A stretch of DNA of 64,000 nt from Lingula anatina (lineage: Eukaryota; Animalia; Brachiopoda), in contig CM120646.1 in assembly GCA_051362555.1 (NCBI GenBank), positions 6,696,001 to 6,760,000 of the forward strand, given 5' to 3'. Each line of letters opens with the position of its first letter. The first letter of the stretch is position 1. The translations under genes were made by a program, and so were the position numbers. A model generated the notes under the pieces. The model searched no databases. It was not told where the DNA came from and saw only the letters and a list, made by a program, of their open reading frames with translations. Of this stretch, positions 1-13,914 are shown in pieces.

Positions 1-1367
1 GGCATTTCCATACTAAAAAGAAAACCATCTGCAAGCATTCTCCTGCAGAAATACGGACAAAGCAAGCGCTGATATGGGTTTTAGCAAACTGCACCTCGTG
101 CACTTGCGATATGATACAGAAGACTGTATTCCCTCGTGGGGAAAACCGCTTCAGATGGGTTCTGGCACTGACTTCCGACTCCTCCTACGTGTCAAACGGG
201 ACTTCTGAAACAACTCTAGGCACGGGCTGACAGAATGCCAAATTTAATCAAAGTGCTTTGAGGGAAGGGTGAGGGAATTCATGTAGGCAAGGCAAATCCT
301 CCAGTTACGCATATTTGAATTGAAAATGCCAATTGTAACTGCAAGCAGCATTAAAAATCGATGGTTTCTTAGAGTTCGCATCTGATGAAGGTTAAAGTCT
401 TATTGATTTTGGTCATTTTCCAGAGAATTCCGTGAATAAATAAGCACCCCAGTCAGCCTCTTAAGGAAATGAAAAAACAGAAATAGCATGATCGTGAAAT
501 TAAATATCTCTTTCTCAATGCTTTTATTTTATTTTTTTCTGCATAGCTCGCGGAAGGCTGAAAATCTGATAAATACATTTCAGTCTCGACGCTTTTCGAA
601 ATTTTATCCTTTAGACGTTCCCTATCGCAAACTCTTATATGATATTTATATTATATCGAACTTAATCGGGATGTTTACTTTCTTCGTGTTATTCAATTTA
701 AAATGTGCCAAACATATCAAAGGTCATCTGTAGGGTATCGATATTTTAATCTCAAAAACATGTTACCAAAACCACCACGTACGCTGATATCGCACATAAA
801 TAAGTAAATAACAACAACAACAACAACAACAAAAACCACAATAATGAATGTCTACGGAATTAATTCGAACAAGAAATTTCAAAAATGTCGCCCGCCAATC
901 TCTTTATTTAAACATCTGCACCAAGTCTGGCTTTCGCGGTCGCTTCTTCCCAAGTATAGAACACTCCTACAATATAGCAAGCCAGCGCGCTTTCTTTGGC
1001 CACTTTGATGTCTGCAAATCTCTTCTCCGTACAGATTTTGTTCTTTTTGTGGGAGACAAAGAGTCGTTTTATGGGTAGGCAACACAAAACATGACACTGC
1101 TTATCGATGTCAGTGCAGCGTGAGGCCTACGAATAACAGATGATTTATCGCGAAAAGATGAAGTATAATGAAACTACCCCGCGTCGGCGGGAGGAGCTTA
1201 TCCTGACAGCCATTTAATGAAATGTTATAAATTGTAGAAATACTTTAATTGAATGTTTCAGTGCAGAGATTTTATCTTTATTGGGTATCTGCACGATATG
1301 GGAATGTAAATAGATATTTTTTTGAAAGTTGGCGTATGTTATTTTGATTTATGTATTTTAACAAGGG

Positions 1368-1372
<5 letters not shown>

Positions 1373-1441
<69 letters not shown>
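1373..1441. repeat. Compound (GT)n(GA)n microsatellite
   Basis: Read directly. Confidence 0.95.
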
Positions 1442-1443
<2 letters not shown>

Positions 1444-4400
1444 AATATAATATACATGTATTTAGATCTTCCAGTCTTCGACATTCTTCATCTATTTCTT
1501 ATCCACCTCCCATGTTGACCTATGTTTGGTGATAATAACGCAGCTTCCCGAACATTACGAAGATTGTTATTTTGCGTGATGCACATTTCTATCTGTTCAC
1601 TCATTCTCGTATGGAATGCCCATGAGCTTTGTCGTGAGAAGGGTAAAAGGAGGGGAATGAACGGATGATGAAAAAATATGAGTATAAAGTGGAAAAAATG
1701 CAATCTCCAACACGTTTGACACCCACACCAACTTGCTGGTCACGCTCGGTTGGCGGCGCACAAGACTTTAAAACGAGGTCATCCTCAAAATGCCGCGTCA
1801 ATCATTATGCTTCATATGAAACGTTCATGACGAATTATTTTCTAATCCTGGCCCAGCTGTTCTTAAACAAGCTGGCGGCGGCCCAGGCATGTTATATTTG
1901 GCCCATAGTTCGTCTAATGTAAAGGTAAGTTCCCTATAACGTGGCCTCGAAGGGAAGGCGTTGTCTTTGGTCAGCTTGGTAATCGCATTGGGTGCCATAC
2001 GTGTTCTTACATGGACCAAACTGTGAAATTTCCACCTTGAGTCGGGGTTTCTTTCTCCTTTTTATTTTAGACAAAGATGTATGTATATACATTTAACATC
2101 AACATGTTTTAACTATTTCTGTTATGTCATATAGGGGCACCTTTGTGTTCTTCGAGTGTCTTAAAGTCCCATGCCATAGAATAGTTTCAATGTGTGTTCA
2201 GCGCGTGCTCAATATGTTCATGTGTGAACGTATGTGTGTGTATGTGTGTGTGCAACTGCCATTAGTTATCCGATTTATGCTTTTATTTGTGTGACAAAGA
2301 TCTGGGTCTAGTTACCTCAAAATCGACGGTTTGCTTACTGGACATGTTGTTCCATATGTAGGTCGTTGAACTTTGACCTTGGCACATATAACACATATAT
2401 AGGAGGTATTCATACATTTATTCAGTGTTCTCAAGGACAGGGTTAGATGCTGAACTTTTTTTTAGAACTTCGTGCCAATTAAGCGCGAATGTTTGTTGGT
2501 TCTTCGAAATGCTTATAAAATCTGTTTCTCTTAGTGTGTGGAATAAAACTCTAGCTCCAATGACCAAACTTTAATAACCATTGACCATTATATGAAAACG
2601 TCGTAGTATGCAGCCATCGCAATTTTCAGAATCACGGTGTAACACATATAAGTGGAAAGTCGAATAATACACAGTAAGATCCAATTAAGATATTTATTTG
2701 ATAAGTAGTCTTGGTCGGTTACAGTTGACATAAGGACGCATTTGACTGATGACCGAAAGTGTTTCTTTTTTTTCTGAAATGGAGCACATATTCCCTTAGG
2801 ACTTTTTATTATTGAACAACGGGTTCATGAACGACAAATCCCTTGCGATTCCATATTCATATCCCACCGATATTTAATTTCTTTCTTTCTAAAGCATAGA
2901 CCATCATATCAAAAATTGGTAAGGCTAACTTAAAATCTTTATCCAAGTAAGGAGAAAAATGTGTTCCAGTGCCACCAGGCGTTGCTTCCGACTGGCAAGA
3001 GTATTACCATGGGCTTTTCTGACTCATTGAACCAATCTGCCGCTTGAAATTTAGTCATTCTGAGAACAAAGCACAGAGCATAATAGCATCCTATTATCAG
3101 CCGCGTGCACTGTGGTCAGTCAGTTCATTTTTATTTAACTTGAACTACTACCAATGGCCGCCAAGGGGGATAGGACATTGAAGCCATTTAGTGGATGCGT
3201 ACGTGAACTCTACTACAAGAATACCCGCTAATAATTTGAATCAAGTTATAATTCGTTGTTTAGAATTAATGTTTAACAAAGATAAACTTGCTTGGAATTT
3301 AGGTTTAACAACACTAAAAATCTGAAGCGAAAGTCCACATCAAATTCTAGTATGTTCTTAGGGGCGAATGACCGCAGGGGAATTTTAAAGCCTGGTGCCA
3401 TATTTTAAGTTTTATTTTTGTGTTAATCATTTCCGTATTAACCCAGGGTAATTATATGGTTTTTAGCTAGCTTTGTTGAGGTATTGTTTTGGAATGTGTC
3501 ACAAAGAAAGGTAATCATAATTATCATATTTCAATTATTGTTTTGATATGCCGGTGCGCGTTTTAGATGACCAAATTGTCCAAAGAACCCTTATTCATCT
3601 TAACAATATTGTACCTACCCAACCATGCTAATGAAACTATCAAAACATAATGATGTGCACCATTATTAATTAACCCATTAATCTACTAAACAAACAACAA
3701 TTCGCCCATTCATTTTAAACAAACATGTGCTTGTGAATAGCATGTATGTCATTGTTATTATACCTACAAATGTACTTTCTTTTCGTGTCCTACATATATT
3801 TTACCCGGTGTCATTCTGTTAATGATAGATAAAACAGATAAAACACGTTTACTATATCAACCATATACATGAAAACAAAATACCACAAAGATATAACCTG
3901 GCATTAATTCTATGTACAATGAGGATTAGATCACTCTTGAAATTATGGACACAACCAAACATACTATTTGCGTGTATCTTTCCATGTTCTCGTGTAGAAT
4001 TTAGGGGTACATTTGTAAGAAATGTCCCAGTACTCGTTGAAATAGCGTTGTTATTAGTGATAATGGTCGCACTTAACGCAGAGTGACATGCTTCACTTTT
4101 TTTGACATAGGCAAATGCGACTGCGATAGACAGAACATGTGTCAAATATGGTGACATCGTCCTGCCAACCTGGCGATATGGACGATTTGACAGCCACAAA
4201 ATGACACACAGCAATGCTATTTTCTTCGAACTTTCTTTTGCATGCACGATCTTCAGACTTTACGTCCTAACTTAATTTTATACTACGGATTACGAAAATA
4301 ACATTTTGATGGTCCGTTATGTCCGAAAAGCAAAGACAACATATTTTTGTGATTGTATTTTCACGTGACTAGGATCAGGTAACCTGTATCATTGGCTTTT

Positions 4401-7400
4401 CTTTTGACACTTTCCATATAAACTAATAATTTGGTCAGCCGTACCAGGCACTGAAGCCGTCGGCGGGGTAAATTTCAAATACTGACTATAACAACCGCCA
4501 TTTTGGCCTAGCACGCGGTTTTCATGGGTAGGAAATATTAAACATGGACGACAGAGCACATTTGAACTCTTTCTTTGACACGCAAACGTTTCTTCACATG
4601 ACAGCTAAGTTGCATGTTACCCTCAGGTTGTTTCCATACACTTCACTCTAAAAAGCCTTTATGACATCTCAACTACCCCCTCCATCAGAACCGGGTTCCG
4701 ACACGCAATGTTCACGTATAGGCGGCGAAGCAGACAGTTACCACACGCGTTCACTCAGGCTTCTTCGGTCTGCGTGCCACCATCAATTCCTGTTTGCAAT
4801 CAAGCGAGTGACTGCGCGGCATCGCTTCAAACAATTAATTTTCCACAAAGGGAGTACGGTTTCAGGATATTTGCGGTCGTTTAATGCTCCAGGAAAAAAA
4901 CCACGACCTTTTGCTTGGACGTCATTTGGGCAGTAAAGTTCGATCTGATTTTGCCTAGAGTAAGCACACCATTTATCCCTTTATGATGTACAAAGAGGAG
5001 AGCACAGAGGAAGCTCAACCTTTTCAGAACCGTCGACACGACCGACCTTCGCGGTTGACCCCCTGTTAAAATTACCCTGTGTTGTATATATGAATGAGAA
5101 GACATAAATATGAGCTATAAAGTATGTAGAATATGACGACGACCTAGTATTAAGATAAGGAACCCAACTTGTCGACCAGGTTGTCACCATTTCGACAAGA
5201 ATAATGTCCAACCAACTATGAGTGCTGGGTCAAGACAGTGTTTTTATTATTTGTCAATTTTTATTTCACAATAATTTTGATCAGAAAATTATGCGCTTTT
5301 GCTGAATTTGTAGTCCATAGAGGTCTATACTCAATGCTATAAAACTGCTATTTTTCCCGACCAAACTAAACTGAATGGAATGCTTTCCTACCCCATACAG
5401 ATACAATGATTATAAATATTCACCAACATGCAATAATTACTAAAATGATCATGACATTAGTGTTTAATTAAAAACTGATGTGTACATCTCTCTTTCTCTT
5501 TCTTCTTTCTTTAGTGAGGCCTCTAAATTTTTCCTTTATTTTTCTCTCTTTATTCCTGCTCTCAATAGCACAACTTTTTTGTCCTTTCGTCTCTCGATCG
5601 ATAATAACTAGACGGACAAATGTACCGAAATAACTTAACCCAACCGCTGTTTCTACAAGCATGTTACCTACTGAATATCTTTTTAACATGGTTGTATAAC
5701 GTTAATATAATAGCTTGCGTCTTCCGAATATGTCTTGTGTTATTTAATGCAAAGCTAGATGATAGAATGGGAAAATATATAGTCAAGTACATGCTGTTTT
5801 CATTTTTTTTTCTTATCATTACAGGCGATTTATAAACAAAGAAAGTGAATTTGTGTTGAATAGAGAGTCTTATTATCGGTTCATTTGACTAATAAGTTAT
5901 TAATGCCAGACATATGAACTTGGGAGGACAAGAAAAAAGACATAGGGGACCCGCAGAAATCACAGTTGTTCGTTCTAATAAGGTGAAGGCCAAAGGAAAT
6001 TTTAGAGAGTTAATAATCTAATTTAGTTCATATGGAAATCAAGATTTTTTATTGTATTGGTTCGCGGAATGTATGCAAAATTTATCCAGGATATAATGTT
6101 GGATAAATGACAAAATTAAAAATGAATGAAAAAAATAAATTAACTAGTAGATAAATATCTAGAAAGACAAATAAATTGACAAATGAATTTGGGTAGATAG
6201 CAATTTTTTTTTTTTTTTTTTGTTTTTGTTTTTCTTTTCTTTTTCGACAAATATAAAAAAGAATTCACATAACTATGAAATATTCTGGTGAAACTGAGAA
6301 TATATGTTTTTGTTTTAATGCTTTTTTTCTGCTTTTGATGTTTTGACACGATGTTAATTTTTCAATCTTTGCTTTGATTTTGCCAACTGACTGGTATAAG
6401 GAAATACGCACTTTGAAAAGTACACTAAGTATATCTATTCAACGAGAAAAGGGATAAAATTACACCTGGGCGTTCGGAACGTTAATTAACAGTTCTAATC
6501 AGAGTGTCCAAGACGCACACACCCCGCCCTAATGATAGCTATCACCCCTCATCTCCAATTCCAATAGAAACCTCTAAAATGTTACCTGACGTAAGACGAG
6601 CTTGTCCTCTGATCTTCGCCCTCCGACCGCTCGCTTATTTTGTCCCTCACCCTATAATTTTGACCCTTATCAAAACCCACAAAATCCCATTAATTACTGT
6701 CAGCGTCATGACACTGTATCCACCTTAACCATGTGAATACAAGATCAAGAGCATAGTTTAAGTTATTTATTTGACCTAGTTCAATGGGGAAATGTGCACG
6801 ATAGAGAAATGAATACCCTGCTCAGTTTCATCCCCAGTTCTGATCTATGACGGATCGTAGACTGAGATTTTGTTTACACTGTTTAGAGAATGTTTTTAAC
6901 TAAGTAGATACATGTTTATAAAAGATGAGCATACTAACACTATTTTGGTTTACTTTACTGTATATTAATCTTAATCTATTTTTGTCGTTTACATCAAAAT
7001 AAAGGCAGTAAGAATTTGTTTTTACATTTTCCTTTTCACGATTACTTTTTTATTATTTTCTAATTATACAAGATGCCTCTTTTATTTTCTAAAATACATT
7101 TCGTCAACTTGTTCAACAATGACTGGTATTTTTATGTATTGAATATAAATTATGTTTATTTTTTAAATATTTCTTTTCCCACAGACGTCAGTACCAATTA
7201 TTATTTGCAAGCTTTGCAGTTGCCACCGAAATATAAAGAAATATGATTTCACGGCATGCATTTATCATAAGTGATTTCTAATCCGTTTTATGCAACAAAA
7301 TATCTAAGAATTTTTCCTGAAGTAGATAAAACTGTGAAAAGTGTGAACAAAGCACATTGTTGATTTTTGCTGCCGCTGATTCGTTTCACATTCGATTAAC

Positions 7401-10400
7401 AATACATTTCCTACGCCGAGAACACTTAACTTGAATACTGTGCAGAAAAAAAGAAAGTTGAAACCACGTCATTATTGGCCTCTTTAAATTCCTACTGTTC
7501 GTTGGGGTTATCTTTCATCGTGATATGGCGATTTAGCTGAATGTTTGTTTTTCTTTTCTACTGAAAGTGAAGTGTTCCCGCTGTGTTTAGGCAAACAAAG
7601 GGTATGAGAGACGAGGTAATGGCGAACTCCGGATCCCATGCGATATTAGACCTCTCGGAGTCGGGGAAACGCGATTCGCGGCAACCATTAAAGTGACTTT
7701 AATTCATAAGTATTACAGGCATTGCGTCCTACAAACAACCAAAATGCTGTGAATTATGACAAATAGCCTGGTGTAGTTTGTCAAGAAATAACACACGTAT
7801 AAACCTGTAGAAAATAAAGAAAAATAGGAAGACGAAGAAAATATCAAAAAGAAAAAAAGGGAAAGGGCAAATAAGGAACACCGAACTGAGGATTATAGGT
7901 CGTCATACACTGCAGATATTAGCAAAATTATTTTAGAATATGTGACAGTGTTTTATTTATATGATAATAATTGTTGGTCATCAACCGTTTGCTATTATGA
8001 AACAAATATGTGTCATATTTGATAAAGTGTTTTTCCAATTTTCAATACGTCAACTGAAACTCGTTACTTTTGATAGTTTTCAGTAAACAGGTTTACTTCT
8101 CTTACGCAAAAAAAAAAAAAAAAGATTATTTCGATTCTCTTTCCGTATTTTCCACCAGTGTTCATTCACCCTTGCATTCATCATACGGATTTACTCATTT
8201 TCACCATTTGTATAAAGCAATGCATCACGGAGGCATTATTTATAACTACTATTATTCCCTAGTCGACGTTCACGGGCTAATAACGGTGGAATATTTATTG
8301 AAAACGACAGACGCTCAACTACACGTACATGTATGAACGGCAGACAAGGTGAACGCCACATTACCATGAAATAAAAAATAGGCCACTTCCCAAATTAAAT
8401 CAAAACCATCCATTTTCTGCGATATGAATCATTTATTGCAATAATACAATCTACTCAATTTGTCATAAATGGGCGTTTTAATAGCACGATGGCAAAGGAC
8501 TCGGGGAAAGGATAAAAGCTTCGCCGGAATGCGCTATAATTAATAAAGAGCAGCACTTGTACTACTGCTTAAATTGTTCGGTTAAGCAAAAATGTCGTTG
8601 GGTCATTGTGAAGTGTGAATAGAGTAAGTCAGCGAAGTCTTTCAAGTTGACGGAAGAGTGCTTTTCAGGTCACTAATCCAGAGGGCTTAATGAATTTGTT
8701 TTACGTCCTACGTTTTTTTTATTTTTTCACATTATTTATTTTCTATCGCTTTTGTACCAATATTTATATTCCTTTTTTTTTTTTTTTTGGGGGGGTGTTT
8801 TTATTTTTATTTTTTTTATTTTTAGGGGAGCAAATGTAAAGACTGATATGCTTTCATTTTTTTATGTTACCGGTTTGCATTTGATTGACATCTCTCAATA
8901 TAGAAACATAAATGACAAAAAAATCCAAATTTCCATTGGATATATTTTCATCTGTTGAAATAGTATAAAGAACCTTATAATGATCGTTATCTTTTAACTT
9001 TTTTTATTTATTGCAATGGCTTTTGTGCACACCGCCAATTTATATAGTTGAACTATTCATTTTCAATAAATGTTTTAAAACAAGCAGAAGTAAAAAGATG
9101 TTGACGATGCGTTGCATAATAGATGTTGAAAATACTTTTTCGTTTCTACCAAACCTTTTTACTTGCTTATTATTATTTTTTTTTTTTTTTTGTTTATTTA
9201 TTTATTTGGGGGGGGGGTTGAGGGGGGTTAATTGAGCACATTCATTACATGATGGATTTACACATATTAAGTTTGTTAAAGATAAAATCATAACAACATT
9301 ACGCTTTTCTTCAACGTCCCTTCACATACAATATTGAATCAAATTTTCTTTTAAAAATTGAAATGGCAGGGAGCATCTGGCAATTCCATCACAGTAGTTA
9401 GAGGGGGCGTCAAACTGTTGAAATATTTTACAACACGTGCACCCCGAATATAGCAGACGACAGCACTTAAACGGAAAAAATGCTAAAATACACTCACAGA
9501 AGGGATATTATTTTAAGGAAACATTACATATTGATTTTTTTTTCTGAAAGTAATGGAAAATGTGACCACCTTAATCAATCAGACTAACTATAACTGTGTA
9601 CATTTTTGTTGTTAGGTTTGATATAAAAAGGTGATTTTGAAAAAAATTACCATGCCAAATTAGGTCTGGTGCATTGATAGGCAAATAGCAGTATCCAGCG
9701 ATTTAGGGCTAATAATGACGACTTTCATCCTTGTTTGTTATTATCAAAGTAGATTTGGACAAGCATATAATAGGTGGATAATGCAGGAAGAACCAGTTAT
9801 AGTCTATTATTTTTTTCTTCTGTCGAAATATATTTCAAAAATGTTTAGTGTTAAAATACTCTGGATTTTCGATTACACGAGTATTTTTAGCCCAAAAAAC
9901 ATCTCAGGTTTACAGATTTTAAAATTATATCTATTTACGAGGTGTCGACCCTGTATGATTTACAAACCTGGTTACTGGCGTGTGCAAATTTTAACCTGGG
10001 ACTGATCCACTCCCGCGAGCATCCAGCAAGAATAGATGTTATCTACGACATTGTTAGGGAACAAATGTTGGCGTGGTCGTGCCGGTATCTAACTGTTTAT
10101 TACCTCAATTTTCTCCAAACGCAGCGACCCGTGTTACCGCATCTTCCATTAAAGAGAAGAGTTAGTTTCGTGTGATCAAAAAGTTAAAGATTATATAAAA
10201 ACCATAGCAGAAAATTTCAAGAAAAAAATAATAAATTACTTATACGTGCAGTGATCTAAATCAATTATCAAACAGCGGTTTGTAGTTTCAGTTGGGGAAT
10301 GACCATTTGTAAGGTGGACAAAAATGCCCCCCCCCTCCTCCCCACCCCTATTCCCGTAGATTTTCAACCGAATCCGGGCTAAACAGCCCCGTCACGAATA

Positions 10401-10977
10401 GTCCACGCCCGTTGACCATGATTCTAATCGTTAGCGTGTAGACTGAGCGTATCAGATAATCGCCCATGTACCATCCGACACAGACGATGGACTGAAATAT
10501 GTTTTGGGGAAATGTAAGTATATAAGAGGTACTGGTACAACAATGTTAAAATGTGCGGAATTGTTGTTGTTTACAATGATGGCAGTGGTTAGTGGTGTTT
10601 TATTGATATTTACCTCGACTAGGCCGTCTTTTGTCGTCCCCTTCCAGGCGATGTGTAATTGAGTAAAAATACCCCAGGTCGTCGTGTAATAGTCTTGAGG
10701 GAGGAATGGAAAAAAACTGATTAAATCTGCTGTTCACATCAGTGAGTTACTCTTGGCCGGGGTCGGTACTTATCTGAAGTGCTTGGTGGAAGCTCTCCGT
10801 CGTGTCGCGGCCTTGTTCACAGATGTGTGTAGCCAAGAGTAGCAGTAGTAGATCCAAATTTAGGAATACATTCGATCTCGCCTTGGGCGTCATTGATCTG
10901 ATCGAATATATCATTCGGTGATCATTTCAACATATTAAAATGATGATTTTGTGACATAATGAAGACCACTATATCCG

Positions 10978-11009
<32 letters not shown>
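10978..11009. repeat. (GTT)n microsatellite
   Basis: Read directly. Confidence 0.9.
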
Positions 11010-11010
<1 letters not shown>

Positions 11011-11849
11011 GTGCTAATCCACGTTCGTGAGATAGGCAAGCAAATAACTAGTATTACACGTAACGCGATGGGTCCAGCCCTGATGGAACGTTAATATCTG
11101 TAGAAGGGGTATTTTATCCATGCACCCCACCGTACTTGCCCGACGGAGGCGAAAACGAAAATGGCCTTGATCATCAAATGAAAACTGGTATTATTTTATA
11201 AACAACAGCGCACCTTTTACACAAACGCCGGGGGGATAGATCCTCAGACCCAGTGTAGGTATTAAATCCGGTCCTTTTCAGAGACACAGCCCGAGGGTAT
11301 GGCAGCAGATCTAGCATTCTCATTCTCCTTCTTCGCATCGGGTTAATCTTGAAAGGCCTTAAAATCCCGAGGTGTAAGTCGCAAAGAACGCACTGAGAAA
11401 CACTAGCCCAGTAAGCTTCAAGGAGAAGCTTGCATGGAATGAGACGGTAGCACCGCGGTCTGGCAATGTGTTTAGTGTTTAATGATGAGTGGAACAGAGA
11501 CGGCTAGTTTTCATAGAGTGAGAGATGTGAGGTGTCATTAAGGGGACTGACAAGAAATGAAAAATAACGAAATCATTGAGCCTAATTGCCTACTTGTCTG
11601 ATAACAGTTGAAAGACCAGGACCATCAGAAACTCATTTGCGCCACTCGACGAGCATTTAATTGCCTCTACTTCAACGTATTCTACAACTCGTGACAGCCT
11701 GACAACGCTGGGCTATCATTTTATTTCAGAACTTAAATCTTTTTTTTTCGGGAGGTTGTGTGACAAGTAAAAGCAGTAGACCTTCTAAAATGTTGACTCC
11801 TTTATTTGCATGACTTCGCAAAGAAATGCAGGCCGCTTCGAGCGCCTTG

Positions 11850-11874
11850 TGTGATTGGTTGAGCGGGTCACGTG
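11850..11874 (+). promoter_or_regulatory. Hox2 proximal promoter module: inverted CCAAT box (TGATTGG) plus USF-type E-box (GGTCACGTG)
   Basis: TGTGATTGG-ttgagcg-GGTCACGTG about 250 nt upstream of the ATG. A near-identical module lies upstream of Hox1. Confidence 0.7.
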
Positions 11875-12120
11875 GCTCTGGAGGCTGCATTACTGCATTA
11901 CCGCGATGCGACCGTGTGTTCTCCCTCTTCAAACTCGCTCCCACTGTATGTAACCCCACAGCTAACGGGTAGCCCTACCTAGTAGTTAAAAGCATGGTTT
12001 AATGTAGGGGCTGGGAAGCACCCTCTCCCCCCAGTGTTCCACTGCGGCGGCTCTAGCTAAGCCTCACAGCTGATCTCCGTCCGTCTTTAATGCTTTTTCA
12101 GGGACAACTCCGCGACCGTC

Positions 12121-12460
12121 ATGGACACTTCGAGGGAAACTGGCTTTATTAACAGTCGCCCATCAATAGCTGAGTTCATGAGCGGGATACCCCACCTGGG
12201 TGATACGGACTCTTTTCAAAACTCATCAATCACCGGGAACGGGCCAACGATGCCCGGGTACTGCCAAACTATGAACGGTCTCCACACACCGTGTGATCCT
12301 ACCACTGCTGAACTCGGAGGGCCGGTTAAGAGCCCCGGTGCGGACGGACCCGGAGGAAATGGCTCTGGGAGGATGCCTGACTACCCTTGGATGAGGGAAA
12401 AGAAGCAAATACGACGAGGAGGGGGGACGCACCATCCTCAAACCTTGGCGGGGACTCTCG
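12121..12460 (+). CDS. Hox2: Hox2/proboscipedia coding exon 1 (N-terminal GFINSxPS motif and YPWM hexapeptide)
   Basis: Translates MDTSRETGFINSRPSIAEFMS..., matching the Hox2/pb N-terminal motif, and ...MPDYPWMREKK, the Hox2-type hexapeptide at 12382-12393. Ends at the consensus donor TCG|GTAAGT (GT at 12461). 340 nt, phase 1. Confidence 0.95.
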
Positions 12461-13868
12461 GTAAGTACAATACCGTACGGGCATGAGCAATGTCAGCGTT
12501 ACTGCAGTATTTACACCATGTGCAGACCGGATAACTAATAACCTTTTTGTGGCTTCATCATAATATTTTATTGACACCCCGAAGCTACTAGTGGGTTAGA
12601 ATTTTAATGTTGAATGGAGTGATCCATCATGCCTTGTTGTTCAGCGTCGTTTTATATTGATGAACGCTCTGCACCGAGAAGCCAATTCCCTTTTTTTTTT
12701 TCAACAGAAACTGAAATCGGTATTTAAATGCTCTCGATAAATGGATATAAATGGACGTGCTTGTCATTAGTTGTTCGATGTTCTTTTCTTGAAATAAACA
12801 TTAAACTGGGCTGATTTTCATAAGAAATCGTCAATAACTATATTGGTGCCATACCGGTATGTTTTTTTAAGGACACTGTTGTCCAGTTGGGAGTCTTAGA
12901 ATATGCTAGACCAGTCATAATTGATGTGATGCACTTCCTTTATTCATATCAATATTTTGCACCGAATACATCCAACCCCACTAAACTCTATAATGTCAAT
13001 TAAAAAGGAAAGGTCCTAAACTCAAAATTTATAATACTTTTAAAATTAGCTTTGTTTTAGATAGAGGCAATCGTACTCTCTTTGCTCATGCGATTCATTG
13101 GGCAGTTTTTTGTTTTAATAACAGGGTAAGCAAAGCTTCTGCCATTTTCCTAATAACACACCCTAATATAACATTTAAAGTTGCCTGAATATTTCCTATT
13201 ATCCCTGGTATTCCAGCTCAACCACAGACGTTCATATGATTTATATTTTATTTTTCCTTTTTCTTCTTTCGGTGTTTGTTTTAGAGCGTTAATTCTTTAT
13301 TGATATTTTGTTTCACAGATCGTTTGATCTTAGCGTACATTATAAAGGAGCCAGCATTTCATGAATTGTTCTGATTGCAACAACTTGTTAACTGATACAT
13401 GTTCTTACTTAAATTTGTATGAGCTATTATCTCAGGTCCTAGCGTAAAAAGAATCGGGCTAATTCATATAGAATTATTATTTCATAAATTTACATTCAAA
13501 ACACGTTTTTCTTCCCCTCGTATGGCGCGATGTTCATTATTCTAATATATAATGTATTATAAATTAACCATACTATGTGATACAATCCAACATATTTAAA
13601 ATAGGCGGGAATATAACAATTGCCCTTCCTTCCACGACCCATCAACATTTTTAACCATGATTAATGGATCTTCTTAATAGGAATGGTAGAATGGGGTTAT
13701 CTGTCTCTTAGTTGCAACATCCCCCACATAATTGGCACCTTTTAAGGGCTGTGTATAGCAATTATGCATATTTTATTAGATTATGATGAACTGCCGGCAG
13801 TGAATCATTTGCTTGGATCTAAAAATCCAGCGAAACCTAGCTATTTATTTTTTCTTTTGTTTATTTTC

Positions 13869-13870
<2 letters not shown>

Positions 13871-13914
<44 letters not shown>
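13871..13914. repeat. (ATT)n microsatellite
   Basis: Read directly; gives rise to a spurious poly-Ile ORF. Confidence 0.9.

Noticed and set aside
2367-2379. Perfect nuclear-receptor DR1 (TGAACT-T-TGACCT); also a DR0 at about 40000-40011
   Set aside because: Isolated, and TGACCT-type repeats are common in invertebrate repeat relics. No clean DR5 or DR2 retinoic acid element was spotted by eye; a motif scan is needed.
4688-4760. Possible tRNA-derived SINE head on the minus strand
   Set aside because: The A and B boxes are too degenerate and there is no cloverleaf, so it cannot be supported without a repeat library.
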